Source of the DNA: an uncultured Chloroflexia bacterium | GTDB taxonomy: Bacteria > Chloroflexota > Chloroflexia > Thermomicrobiales > UBA6265 | Direction: 5' to 3' | DNA length: 64,000 nucleotides | Assembly: GCA_963724295.1 (NCBI GenBank) | Contig: CAVRUC010000007.1 | Coordinates: 672,001-736,000, forward strand | In this document: in pieces, positions 18,295-29,181 of the stretch | Numbering within the stretch: the first letter of the stretch is position 1 | How the letters are laid out: every line of letters starts with the position of its first letter | Position numbers and translations under genes: made by a program | Notes under the pieces: model-generated | What the model saw: the letters and a program-made list of their open reading frames with translations, nothing else | What the model was told of the DNA's origin: nothing | Database searches by the model: none

Positions 18295-18329
18295 AAAGCG
18301 GGGAGGGCGATGCCCTCCCCGCTTTCTTT
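18295..18329 (+). terminator. Intrinsic terminator
   Basis: Perfect 14-bp stem AAAGCGGGGAGGGC-gat-GCCCTCCCCGCTTT followed by ctttg. Confidence 0.85.
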
Positions 18330-18392
18330 GTATGATGCGCCTATGCCGATTGCCGACGATGCGCAGCTAAAGTCCTGGATCCGGGTCCCCGC

Positions 18393-19589
18393 ATGACAGA
18401 CTCTTCACCCGCCGCACGGCGGGTGCTCTTTTATAGCCACGACGGGACTGGTCTCGGTCATCTCCGCATCACCCTTGGCGTTGCAACCGCGTACGCCAGG
18501 TTGCGGCCTCAGGATAGCCTGCTCTTGATGACCGGCTCGCTCCACGCCGGCACCTTCGCGCTCCCCGAGAATCTCGATTACGTCAAGCTCCCTGCCATGC
18601 CGAAGCGGGATCTGTACGCCTCTCTGCCCCCTACAGAAGGCTACAGCGGCTCACATAACAGCACCATCCGCTTTCGCACGGCGTTGGCCCTGGCGACCGT
18701 GCAGGCATTCGACCCACATCTGGTCGTCATCGATCATGCTCCCGCGGGGCTGTTTCGCGAATTGGCGCCCTCCATCGATTGGCTGCGTCGGCGTGATCCG
18801 TCGCCGTCCCTGGCCCTCCTCATGCGCGACATTACGTTCGGACCCGAGCAGACGCGATCGATCTGGAAGAACGAAGGGGTCTATCCCCTGCTCGATGAAG
18901 CGTATGCCCGCATTCTCATCTACGGTGATCGCCGCGTCTTCGATCCCATCGCCGCCTACGAGCTATCGGACGTTGCCGCCTCGCGCACGCGCTTTTGCGG
19001 ATACCTGGCGCCGCCGCCACCGCGGCGATCAACGGCCCAGGTCCGTGACGAGGTGGGAGCGGGCGCCCTTCCCCTGGTTGCCGTCTCCGTTGGCGGCGGG
19101 GCCGATGGCTGCGCGCTGCTGCGCGCCTATCTCGACGGCCTGCGCAGCCGGCCGGGACCAGCCGTTCACTCCTACATGGTTACCGGACCGCTGCTTCCGG
19201 AGCAGGACCGGCGCGAGATCATGGAGATGATCGACGCGCTGCCAAACGTGTGTGCGCTCGACTTCGACCCTGACTTCGTCGCCGCGGTCCACGCTGCCGA
19301 TGCTGTCGTCTCTATGGGAGGCTACAATTCGCTCGCCGAGTCGGTGTACTTTGGCAAGCGGCCGATTGTCGTGCCCCGGGTGCCAGGGTCGGAGGAGCAA
19401 GTGCTGCGGGCCGAGGGATTTGCCCGGCTCGGACTCGCTACCGTGGTGGGGCCCGATCCCCTGAGCGCCTCCGCGCTTTGGCAGGCAATTGACGGTGAGC
19501 TGAGTCGCGCGGACATCCCCGCACCGACATTAGCCTTTGACGGTCTGGACCAGATCGCTCGGGAGTTGGCACGTCTCCCGGCAGACTGA
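18393..19589 (+). CDS. Predicted GT-B glycosyltransferase (COG4671-like)
   Basis: VLFYSHDGTGLGHLR, VSVGGGADG, VSMGGYNS and VVPR...EEQVLRA. Confidence 0.8.
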   Translation: MTDSSPAARRVLFYSHDGTGLGHLRITLGVATAYARLRPQDSLLLMTGSLHAGTFALPENLDYVKLPAMPKRDLYASLPPTEGYSGSHNSTIRFRTALALATVQAFDPHLVVIDHAPAGLFRELAPSIDWLRRRDPSPSLALLMRDITFGPEQTRSIWKNEGVYPLLDEAYARILIYGDRRVFDPIAAYELSDVAASRTRFCGYLAPPPPRRSTAQVRDEVGAGALPLVAVSVGGGADGCALLRAYLDGLRSRPGPAVHSYMVTGPLLPEQDRREIMEMIDALPNVCALDFDPDFVAAVHAADAVVSMGGYNSLAESVYFGKRPIVVPRVPGSEEQVLRAEGFARLGLATVVGPDPLSASALWQAIDGELSRADIPAPTLAFDGLDQIARELARLPAD

Positions 19590-19681
19590 TCTCCACGATT
19601 CGGACCCCGCCCGAACTGCCGGATCGCGCATCGCTCGCCACGGTCATGATGGCGATCCGGTGACATGGGCTCGAGGTGTTA

Positions 19682-21451
19682 ATGGATCGAACGCTCGACG
19701 ATATGGGATTCGAAGAAGCCGAGAGGATCGCCGGCGACCCACCGAGCGCGCCGCTTTCGCGTCCAATCGCCATCGTTGGCATGCATCGCTCCGGCACCTC
19801 CATGGTGGCCAAGCTGCTGCAACTGGCTGGTTTGAACCTTGGCGATGAGGCGGACCTCATGCCGCCGGCGGAGCAGAATCCAGAAGGTTTCTACGAACAC
19901 CTTCAATTCGTCAGGCTGAACGACGAGGTGCTCAACGTTGCCGGAGCGGGATGGGACTGTCCTCCAGCGGCCGGCTTCAACTGGGACGACAATGCACTCG
20001 ATTCATTTCGCGAGCGCGCCCGATGCCTGGCCTTGCCACTGCGGGAGCAGCTCCCGTGGGGCTGGAAAGACCCGCGCACCAGCTTGACGCTGCCGTTCTG
20101 GCGCGGTGCGCTGGGCCCCCTGCAGGTTGTCGCCGTCGTGCGCAACCCGCTCGAGGTCGTCATCTCGCTCAATCGTCGGAACGAATTCTCGACCGCGCTG
20201 GGATTGACGCTGTGGCAGATCTATGCTGAACGCATCCTGGAGGACACCTCGCCGGCCGAACGTCTGATAACCCATTACGACTCCTACTTTCTGGAGCCTG
20301 ACCAGGAGATCACGCGAGTCCTGGCCTTTCTCGGTCTCGACCACGGCCAGGACCGGCAGGCCTTGAAGACGGCGGCAATTCCAGATCTGCGTCACCACCG
20401 CAAGACCGTTCGCGATCTGCACGATCATGGCATCCCCGCTCAGGTCATCGACCTCTACCTTCGTCTCTGCCGTGAAGCCGGATGGGTAGAGGGCGACATC
20501 GAAGCGGCCGACGGCAACGCCTGGCACCCCTCGGTCCCGGACGAAGAACGCTTCTCGATCGCCCGTAGCGCCGGGTATGTCGATCTCATTCGAGTCGAAA
20601 ACGAACTACTGAAACGAAGCAATGCCGATCTGTCCGCCGCGCTTGTCAATCGTGAGGCCCGGATCCAGGAGCTGGAGCAGGCGCTCAACAACCATGAGGT
20701 GCTACGAGCGGAGCTCATTTCCGGACGAGATGTGATGATTGCGGAGCGAGATGGCAAGATTGCCGAGCGAGATGCCCGGCTCCTCGAGCGTAACGCGCTC
20801 ATTGCGCGTCGCGATCACACCATCCAGGAGCAGCAGCAACGACTTGCCCAGCTTTCGGAAGAGCTCGCAGGTCTTCGCGAGCAGATCGCCACCCTGACCG
20901 AGTCCCTGTCGCAGAGCGAACGCGATCGGGAGATCGCTGAGATCCATGAGCGTGAACTGCGATCGATGTTGACCGATTTGCAGGCAGTGCAATTGCATCG
21001 CGACTCCGAGATCATGGCCACCCTGGGCGCAGTTCTCAGCCGGCACGCACCAAATGCTCCGGCTTCGATCTACCATCGCAAGCTGGTTGGTCAGGTACGA
21101 CAGTTTGTGGAAACCCACGTGCCGCCTGGCGCGCGCATGCTGGTCACCACCTACGGAGACGAGGCCATGCTGAGTCTCGGTGATCGCCTGACCGAGTCGT
21201 TTCCGCAGTCGGTCCATGGTGTCTCAGCCGACTACACTGACGTACGAGAGAGCGAGGCTATTGCCCAGCTGGAGACACTCCGCGAGGCGGGGGCGGAGTT
21301 CTTGCTGCTGCCGAGCCCGGCGTTACCGTGGCTGGCCACACGTCCCGAGCTCGAGCGCCACCTGGAAGAGCGGTACGCTGTGGTCGCTCACGAGCGGGGG
21401 ATCGGCACGATCTACGCCTTGGCCTCGGGCCAGGGTCGAATACCTGCCTGA
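19682..21451 (+). CDS. Sulfotransferase-family protein with a long coiled coil and an extra C-terminal domain
   Basis: 5'-PSB-like GMHRSGTS, NPEGFYE, WGWKDPRT and VRNPLEV..SL, followed by heptad repeats (IAERDGK IAERDAR LLERNAL IARRDHT...). Confidence 0.8.
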   Translation: MDRTLDDMGFEEAERIAGDPPSAPLSRPIAIVGMHRSGTSMVAKLLQLAGLNLGDEADLMPPAEQNPEGFYEHLQFVRLNDEVLNVAGAGWDCPPAAGFNWDDNALDSFRERARCLALPLREQLPWGWKDPRTSLTLPFWRGALGPLQVVAVVRNPLEVVISLNRRNEFSTALGLTLWQIYAERILEDTSPAERLITHYDSYFLEPDQEITRVLAFLGLDHGQDRQALKTAAIPDLRHHRKTVRDLHDHGIPAQVIDLYLRLCREAGWVEGDIEAADGNAWHPSVPDEERFSIARSAGYVDLIRVENELLKRSNADLSAALVNREARIQELEQALNNHEVLRAELISGRDVMIAERDGKIAERDARLLERNALIARRDHTIQEQQQRLAQLSEELAGLREQIATLTESLSQSERDREIAEIHERELRSMLTDLQAVQLHRDSEIMATLGAVLSRHAPNAPASIYHRKLVGQVRQFVETHVPPGARMLVTTYGDEAMLSLGDRLTESFPQSVHGVSADYTDVRESEAIAQLETLREAGAEFLLLPSPALPWLATRPELERHLEERYAVVAHERGIGTIYALASGQGRIPA

Positions 21452-21527
21452 GTGATACTCGGGCCACAATTGCCTGTGGGGATCGCGGGAGCCCCCGGGT
21501 TGCGGTTAGGGAAGAGGGGGAGACGGG

Positions 21528-22568
21528 ATGATTCTGGTGACCGGTGGGGCGGGCTATGTCGGCAGCGTGCTGGTGCGCGAGTTGCTCGCGCTCGGCGAGC
21601 GAGTGCGGGTGGTCGACACCCTCTGGTTCGGTAATCCCTTTCCGCCACACGAGCGGCTGGAAGTTGTCGAGGGTGATTTGCGTCACCCGGAGCCAGCGTG
21701 GTTGGAAGACGTCGACGCTATCGTCCATCTGGCCGGCCTGTCGAACGACCCAACCGCTGATTTTGCCCCCGAGCTGAACAGCGAGAGCAACGTCTACGCG
21801 ACCCGCCAGCTCGCGGAAATGGCCGCCGCGAAGTCCCGGCGCGATGACAAGGAGTTGCGCTATCTCTTCGCCTCGACGTGCTCGGTCTACTACGCTCCTA
21901 CCTCCGCGGATGAAGCGAACGTCACGCCCATGACCGAGGACATGCCGATCGCACCGACGGCGAACTACAGCAAGACCAAGCGGCTGGCGGAGGTTGAGCT
22001 GCTTCGCATCGCCGATCAGAATCCCCTCTTTGTGCCGGTCCTGCTCCGCAAGGGTACGATCTTCGGGCTCGGACCACGGATGCGATTCGACCTGGTCGTC
22101 AACGTGTTCACGCTCCACGCCTGGAAGAACCAGCAACTGACGGTCCATGGGCATGGCGAGGCATGGCGTCCCTTGCTCCACATCCGTGACGCGGCCGACG
22201 CCTACATCCATCTCCTGTCCGCGCCGGTTGACAAGATTCGCGGCGAAGCGTTCAACCTCGTTCACAAGAATTACCGGGTGCTCGAGCTCGCCCACTGGGT
22301 CGCCGAGGTGATCGAGCAGCGATATGGCGTCGAGGTGCGGGTCAAGCGTGACCGCTCGACCAACGCGGGAGCGCGGTCATACTACGTGAGCGGGGCGAAG
22401 ATTCAGCGGACTCTGGGGTTCAGCGCGGACCGAGGCGCCAGCGAGGCCGTTGTCGCCATCTGGGATGCGCTCGAGCGTGGCGATTTCGGGCTCGAGCCTG
22501 ACAAGGATCCCCGCTTCTTCAATATTCGCTGGCTCAAAGAGACCGTGCTTGGCGGAGTGCCTGCGTGA
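21528..22568 (+). CDS. NAD-dependent nucleotide-sugar epimerase/dehydratase (extended SDR)
   Basis: TGGAGYVG, HLAGLSNDP, ASTCSVY, YSKTK and RMRFDLVVN. Confidence 0.88.
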   Translation: MILVTGGAGYVGSVLVRELLALGERVRVVDTLWFGNPFPPHERLEVVEGDLRHPEPAWLEDVDAIVHLAGLSNDPTADFAPELNSESNVYATRQLAEMAAAKSRRDDKELRYLFASTCSVYYAPTSADEANVTPMTEDMPIAPTANYSKTKRLAEVELLRIADQNPLFVPVLLRKGTIFGLGPRMRFDLVVNVFTLHAWKNQQLTVHGHGEAWRPLLHIRDAADAYIHLLSAPVDKIRGEAFNLVHKNYRVLELAHWVAEVIEQRYGVEVRVKRDRSTNAGARSYYVSGAKIQRTLGFSADRGASEAVVAIWDALERGDFGLEPDKDPRFFNIRWLKETVLGGVPA

Positions 22569-23461
22569 GGACGCTGATCCTCGGGTCCTCGGGGCAACTC
22601 GGTCAGGATCTCATGCGGACGCTCGGCGCAGAGGCCGTCGGCCTCACTCACGCTGACATCGATGTCACGGACGGAGTCAGCGTCTCGCGCATCGTGCGGG
22701 AGCACCGGCCGGACTGGGTGATCAACACTGCCGCGTTCCATCGCGTTGATGACTGCGAGTTGAACCCGACGCTTGCCTTCGCGGTGAATGCCATCGGCGC
22801 CGCGAACGTGGCCCGCGCGGCTGCCGAAACCGGCTCGGGCGTGGTCTTCTACTCCACCGACTACGTTTTCAGCGGTGAAGGTCGCCCCCGGCATGACCCG
22901 CATACGGAATCGAGCAAGCCCGACCCATGCAACGTCTACGGCGCATCGAAGGTCGCTGGCGAACACCTCGTCATGAATGCCAATCCGCGGCATCTCGTCA
23001 TCCGGTCGGCGGGGCTCTACGGCACAGCGACGAGCCGCAAGGGCTGGACCTTCCCGGAACTGATGGTGTCCAAGGGACAGAGCGATGGCTGGGTCAAAGT
23101 CGTCACCGACCAGGTTCTCTCACCGACCTACACGCATGACCTCGCCGGGACAACCCAGGCACTCATGGAGCGGGAGGCACGCGGGCTCTATCACCTCACG
23201 AACGAGGGCGAGTGCTCGTGGTACGAGTTCGCCCAGGCTACCTTTGACATCACCGGCATCGCGGTCAACCTCGAACCCACGGCGACCGTCACCGGTGAAC
23301 GGCGCGCCAGGCGTCCCCCATACTCCGCGCTCGCGAGTGAGCGGCTGACCGAGGCCGCTGTCCCGCAGTTGCGGCCATGGCGAGAGGCTCTGGAGCACTA
23401 TTTGCATGCCAAGGGGCTCGTTGGGTCGAGACAGCAAGAGCCGATAGCCAAGAGCCAATGA
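22565..23461 (+). CDS. rmlD: dTDP-4-dehydrorhamnose reductase
   Basis: GSSGQLG, NTAAFHRVD..E, STDYVFSG, YGASKVAGE, DQVLSPT, SWYEFA and RPPYSAL. Confidence 0.9.
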   Translation: MRTLILGSSGQLGQDLMRTLGAEAVGLTHADIDVTDGVSVSRIVREHRPDWVINTAAFHRVDDCELNPTLAFAVNAIGAANVARAAAETGSGVVFYSTDYVFSGEGRPRHDPHTESSKPDPCNVYGASKVAGEHLVMNANPRHLVIRSAGLYGTATSRKGWTFPELMVSKGQSDGWVKVVTDQVLSPTYTHDLAGTTQALMEREARGLYHLTNEGECSWYEFAQATFDITGIAVNLEPTATVTGERRARRPPYSALASERLTEAAVPQLRPWREALEHYLHAKGLVGSRQQEPIAKSQ

Positions 23462-23474
23462 CCGGGAGCGGTGC

Positions 23475-24116
23475 GTGAAGATCTTGGACGTGTTCGAACT
23501 CGCGATTCCCGAAGTGAAAGTCATTCGCTTCGCGCGGTTCCCTGATAACCGGGGGTATTTCAGCGAACAGTATCGATTCAGCGACTTTGAAACCGGCGAC
23601 GCACTGCCCTTCATGCGCGGCGTCCGCTTCGTCCAGGCCAACGAGAGTTACTCCCGCGCGGGGACAATTCGTGGGTTGCACTTCCAATGGAACCCGTACA
23701 TGGGCAAACTCGTGCGGACTATTCGCGGTCACATGATCGACGTCGTTCTCGATATCCGTAAGGGATCACCAACGTACGGCAACATCATCGCCCACGACAT
23801 GCCGGTTCAAGGCGACGAGGATTACGCCGAATGGATCTGGGTTCCACCCGGATTCGCCCATGGCAACACGTTTTCAGCCGATACCGTGATCGAATACTTT
23901 TGCTCCGGGGAGTACAGCCCCGGCAATGAAGCCGGCATCTCGCCGGTGGCCGGTGACCTCGACTGGTCCCTGTGTCATCCTGAGCTGGCCGATCAGTTCC
24001 AGACTATCGCCCAGAGCACGGCGTTGATGACCGACAAGGACCGCAACGCGCTTACGGTGACGCAGTGGACGGCTGACAGCCGATCGGACGTTTTCCTTTA
24101 CGATGGCCTTCGCTAA
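23475..24116 (+). CDS. rmlC: dTDP-4-dehydrorhamnose 3,5-epimerase
   Basis: DNRGYFSE, VQANES, GTIRGLHFQ, DVVLDIRKGSPTYG and VPPGFAHG. Confidence 0.9.
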   Translation: MKILDVFELAIPEVKVIRFARFPDNRGYFSEQYRFSDFETGDALPFMRGVRFVQANESYSRAGTIRGLHFQWNPYMGKLVRTIRGHMIDVVLDIRKGSPTYGNIIAHDMPVQGDEDYAEWIWVPPGFAHGNTFSADTVIEYFCSGEYSPGNEAGISPVAGDLDWSLCHPELADQFQTIAQSTALMTDKDRNALTVTQWTADSRSDVFLYDGLR

Positions 24117-25203
24117 CCCAACGCAGCCCGGACCCACGGACGCTCAGAGCCGGCCGACCGCCTCGATTGTCATCCCGGTGCACAACAAGGCGACAATTAC
24201 GCGGCAGTGCCTCGATGCGCTCCTCGCCGAGGCCGATGACGGGATCAATCGGCAGCTTGTCGTCGTCGACGACGGATCGACTGACTGGACCCCATCGCTA
24301 CTTGCCACATACGGCGACCGCATTCTCGTCATTCGCCACGAGACCGCACTCGGTTTCGCCGCAGCATGCAACGCCGGAGTCGCGGCAGCCGCCGGTGAGT
24401 TTGTCATCCTCCTGAACAATGACACTGTCCCCACCTCGGGCTGGCTCTCGGCACTCGTGGACTACGCCCTCGCGCACCCGGCCGCGGCCGTGGTCGGGGC
24501 GAAGCTCCTCTTTCCGAATGACACCGTGCAGCATGCCGGAGTCGCCATCGGCCTCAATGGTCGCCCGCACCATATCTATGCCGGCTTCCCTGCCGACCAT
24601 CCGGCTACTTCAGTGTCCCGCCGCTTCCAGGTAGTCACCGCGGCGTGCGCGCTCTTTCGCCGTGGACCGTGGCGGGATCTCGGTGGACTCGATACGGCTT
24701 TTCGGAATGGCTGGGAAGACGTTGACTACTGCCTGCGCGCGGGTGAGGCTGGCCACGAGATCCACTATTGCGCGGAGAGCATTGTTTATCATCTCGAGTC
24801 CGCGACGCGGAACCTCGTCTCGGATACCGAGCAAGCGAATAAAGAGCTCTTTGCGACCCGATGGCACCACAAGGTCACCCCCGATGATTATCGATACTTC
24901 TGGGAGGACGGCCTTCTATCGGTCGAGTATGGAGCTCGCTATCCCATTCAGCTGTCGGTGTCGCCCCTGCTGGCAGGGGTGACGATTGGCGAGAACGATC
25001 GCCTCGCTGACAGGTTGCTCCACGACCGGGCCCGTCAGGTCATGATCCTGCTTCGCAACAACATTGTTCTCAACGTCCGGGTGCAAGAAGCCGAAGCTCG
25101 CGCGGCAGCAGCCGAGCGTCGCCTCGCGGAGCTACTCAAGAAAGGACAAACGGCGTCAGGACCGGGTTCTGACGCCGTTGCAGCGGAGACGATATTGCGA
25201 TGA
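24103..25203 (+). CDS. GT2 glycosyltransferase; may be the 5' part of a larger fused ORF
   Basis: SIVIPVHN, VVDDGS, LNNDT, QHAG, VTAAC, EDVDYCLR and HLESAT, followed by a short coiled-coil tail. Confidence 0.85.
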   Translation: MAFANPTQPGPTDAQSRPTASIVIPVHNKATITRQCLDALLAEADDGINRQLVVVDDGSTDWTPSLLATYGDRILVIRHETALGFAAACNAGVAAAAGEFVILLNNDTVPTSGWLSALVDYALAHPAAAVVGAKLLFPNDTVQHAGVAIGLNGRPHHIYAGFPADHPATSVSRRFQVVTAACALFRRGPWRDLGGLDTAFRNGWEDVDYCLRAGEAGHEIHYCAESIVYHLESATRNLVSDTEQANKELFATRWHHKVTPDDYRYFWEDGLLSVEYGARYPIQLSVSPLLAGVTIGENDRLADRLLHDRARQVMILLRNNIVLNVRVQEAEARAAAAERRLAELLKKGQTASGPGSDAVAAETILR

Positions 25204-27696
25204 GCGCGGACGAACCGGCAGGCACTTCCACTACCGAGAGCACGCCGCGGGAAGAACCGCGCGCGAGCCGCCCGGTCCCGCTCCCGCATAAGATCGTCGG
25301 CATGGTCGAGTCTCCGGGCCGAGTTCCGGACGTCATCACTGACGGCGTGCTGACCGTCTCCGGATGGACACTGACCGGGGCGGGCGACGCCACGATCGAG
25401 ATCCTTGTCAACGGCAGTTCACGCGGGACGGTGTCCTACGGCGAATCCCGGCCAGATGCCGCGGCCCTCTACCCCGAGTTTCCCGCCGCCGCCAATTGCG
25501 GATTTCCTGGGTGAGATTGCCGTCGGGGATCTGCCGGATGGCATGCACACGGCGACCATTCGTATCTCCGCGTCGGATGGAGCCCTGGCCGAGCTTTCGA
25601 CGTCATTCGAAGTCGACAATCACGCCTTCGAGAACGGCCGTATCATCGGCCGGCTTGACCAACCCAACCGTGGCGCCTTCTTCGTTCCCTGGGAAACGAT
25701 CACGCTCTCTGGCTGGGCCCTGGCTCCCTCGGGTGTCAACCGCGTCGAGGTGTTTGTCGACGGACAGGCTCGCGGTCCAATCGATCACCGGGTTCTTCGC
25801 CCGGATATCGCCAGGACCCGTCGCCAATACACGGACGCGGAGCACTGTGGGTTTGCCGGCACCGTCCCGCTTTCGTTGCCGAACGATCCTGTCTCGATCC
25901 CACAAGAAGGGAGCCACGAGCTTCGAGTGCTGGTCACCGCGAATGACGGTCGTCAGCAGGAGATTTCCACGCGCATCGAGGTCGTGATTGCCGGGATCGT
26001 CGATGGCGGCATGCCCCACATCAACCGGCAGTACTCCGCCTGGCTCGAGCAGCGAGAAAAGCACCTCGCCGTGATGTCCGGCACGGTGGCAGACACCGAT
26101 TCGCGCCTTGTATTCGAGATCATCGTTCCGCTGGAAGGTCATTGCGACGATGGGCTGGAAGTGGTCGTGGCCTCGTTACAGGCCCAGACATATCCACAAT
26201 GGCGCCTGACCCTGGTGGACAGCGGAAACGTCAGCGATGCGGCCCGCGAATATGGTCGAAACCTGGCGAGCGAGGAGCGCCGCGTAACCTACCGGGAACC
26301 GAGCGGGGATGGAATAGTCGCTGATCTCAACGCGGCGCTCGCCGCACGCAACGCTGACTGGGTCGGCGATTCTCTCCCCGGGCGTGATCCTCGCCCCGTT
26401 CGCGCTGGCGACCATCACTCGTGAACTAGCGGCAAATCCGGACGCCCGTCTGCTCTACACGGATGACGACCGCATCGATCCAGAAAGCATGGAGCGGTGG
26501 AACCCGTTCTTCAAACCCGACTGGTCTCCGGACCTCTTGCTGTCGATGAATTATCTTGGGCCGTTGACCCTGTTTCATCGTGAGACCGCGTTCGATATTG
26601 GCGGTCTGCGCGAAGGCGTTTCAGGCGCCGAGGTTTTTGACCTCGCACTGCGTGTGACCGAACAATCCGGCCAGACCCACCACGTATCAGACGTTCTGGC
26701 GACCAGCATCGTCACGGCGCCAAGATTCGGTGAGCCCTGGCACGTCTCCGACTGGAAAGAATCAGAACGCCAGGCGGTCCAGGACGCCTTGGCGAGGCGC
26801 GGCCTGGATGGAGACGTCGAGCGAGGCATGCACCCCGGCACCTGGCGGGTTCGGTACCCGTTGCCTCCAACCGCACGAGTCACCGCGGTGATCCCAACAG
26901 GCGGCAAGCTGGACCTGCTTCGTCCCTGCCTGGCAGATCTCCTCGAACGAACCGATTATCCGGGACTCGACATTCTTCTCGTCGATAACTCACGAGGTGA
27001 CGAAGTCGACCGGCTCGTGGCCGAATTGTCTCTTCGACATCCGAACGTGCGTCGCCTGGATAATCCGCTCCAACCCTTCAACTATTCCGCATTGGTAAAC
27101 TCGGCCCTTCCGCACGTCACCACCCCGTTCGTGCTCATGCTCAACGATGACATCAGGGTGATTGATCCCGGCTGGCTGCGCGCCATGGTCGAGATTGCCC
27201 AGCGGCCGGATGTCGGCATCGTCGGCGCCAAACTCCTCTACCCCGACGACACCATTCAGCACGCCGGCGTGGTGCTCGGTCCGTTTGGCGGGACCGTGCA
27301 CGTGTTCAAGCGACTGCCAGGGAACAAACCCAGCCTCTTCGACCTACCCGACGTCACTCGCAACGTCAGCGCCGTGACTTTTGCCTGCGCCCTCATCGAT
27401 CGTGAAGTGTTCGAGGTCATCGGCGGGTTGGACGAGGTCAATCTCCCCGTGGCGTATAATGACACCGATTTCTGCCTCAGGGCGCGCGAAGCAGGGTACG
27501 AGGTGATCTACACACCGCATGCCGCTTGCATCACTACGAGTCTGTCACGAAAGTCGTGATCGCTCACCCCTATGAGACGGTTTTTCTCAAGCAACGGTGG
27601 GGCCATGTCATTGCCCACGATCCGTACTACAACCCGAACCTGACCCGCCAGGCGGAGGACGCCCGCCTCAACCTGGAGAAGAGTCGTGCCGCCTGA
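25200..27696 (+). CDS. Multidomain GT2: two RPDV modules plus two GT2 domains; frame broken three times
   Basis: Coding signal continues across ORFs 25200, 25405 and 26384 and the frame-1 tail (HYES...DPYYNPNL, TGA at 27694-27696). Motifs YTDDD, FFKPDWSPDLL, LNDD and NDTDFCLR. Breaks at about 25503, 26368 and 27525. Confidence 0.75.
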
Positions 27697-29181
27697 GGAC
27701 GAGCTCGAATCGTCGGCGCCTCGACCGAACACCAATCATGCGGCGCCCGACGAACGGCCCGGTGGGCTGCAATTGTGGCCGCCGCGGCACGCGCTCTCGA
27801 GACCCCGCTTTTCACACGTGACCTGGTGATTGCCGCCCGTGATCGCGCCCGCGAGCCAGAGCTGCCCGAGGCAACGTTAGCCCGTGCGCTATCGACACCA
27901 ATCGCTCCTCGTCTGGCGCGTTACGACGTGATCGTGGTGTCCAGCGGTGCAGGGGACGGGGAGCGAGACGCGCGCATCGCGGCCGAGTTCGCCCGGCATG
28001 AGCACCGCGTGTTTCACCTCGGGGACCACTCGATTGCAGGTGAGCGGCCCGCGGCGCCAACGCTCAACCGCATCGACGTACCGACCACGGTGTCCGGCCA
28101 CAGCCAGCGTCTACTCGAAACTCTAGGTGCACTCCGCCAGCGAGAGGGAATCGAGGCGGCCGCCCTATTCGGTCCGGGGTCGCTCGACATTGCCTCCGCC
28201 AACGAGATGCGCGAGCGATGGAGCTGGCGCATAGTGGTCGACTCCGATGCGCTACCCACCCTGCTCGAGCACGCGGATGTCCGGATCAGTTTTGATACGG
28301 CGGAAACGAACGGGCAACTCGAACGCTCAATTCAACTACCGGCCGGCATGCCGTGGCCGGCACGGTGGGCAGCCATGGACCGGGCGATACGGGATTCGTG
28401 GCCGCGTGCCAGCATCATCGTCCTCACCCACGACAACCTGGCATTCTCGCGGATGTGTTTGACGAGTGTTCTCGAAAACACGGAATACCCGAACGTTGAG
28501 CTGATCGTGGTCGACAATGCTTCAAGCGACGGCACGGTGGAGGAGCTTCAGAGCATCGCCGGTAGGTTTCCGAACATCAAAGTGATCCTGAACGAGCACA
28601 ATGCCGGTTTTGGCCCGGGCAACAATCAGGGCTTGGTTGCCGCCACTGGCGAGATACTCGTCCTCCTGAACAACGACACCGTGGTTCCTCGCGGATGGCT
28701 CACGCGGCTGGTCCGGCATCTCGACGATGCCGCGATCGGGCTTATCGGTCCCGCGACGAACCGAAGCTGCAATGAGGCACAGATCGACATTCCCTACCAG
28801 ACGTACGGCGAGTTCCAGGCGGTGGCCCGGTCCCAGGGTGAGCGGCACGAGGGAGAGCGTTTCCTCATCCGCATGCCGATGATGTTCTGCGTGGCATTTC
28901 GCCGTGATACCTACGAGCGCCTCGGTCCGCTGGACGAGCGGTACGAGGTCGGGATGTTCGAGGACGAGGACTACGCGCTGCGCGCCAAGGCTGTTGGGCT
29001 ACAGGTCGCCTGGACTCCCGAGGTCTACGTTCACCACGCCTACCACGCGTCGATCGGCAAGCTGCTTCCGACCGGTGACTATATGCGGTTGGTGAAGCTG
29101 AATCAGGGACGATTCGAGGAGAAATGGGGCATCTGCTGGGAGCGCCACCGCCCCCTTCCAGCGTCTGCGCCAACCCCGTGA
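27686..29181 (+). CDS. GT2 glycosyltransferase with a degenerate N-terminal domain; probable frameshift near 27757
   Basis: C-terminal SIIVLTHDN, VVDNASSDGT, LNNDTVV and GMFEDEDY. The start is either GTG 27686 (requires a frameshift) or 27775. Confidence 0.75.
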
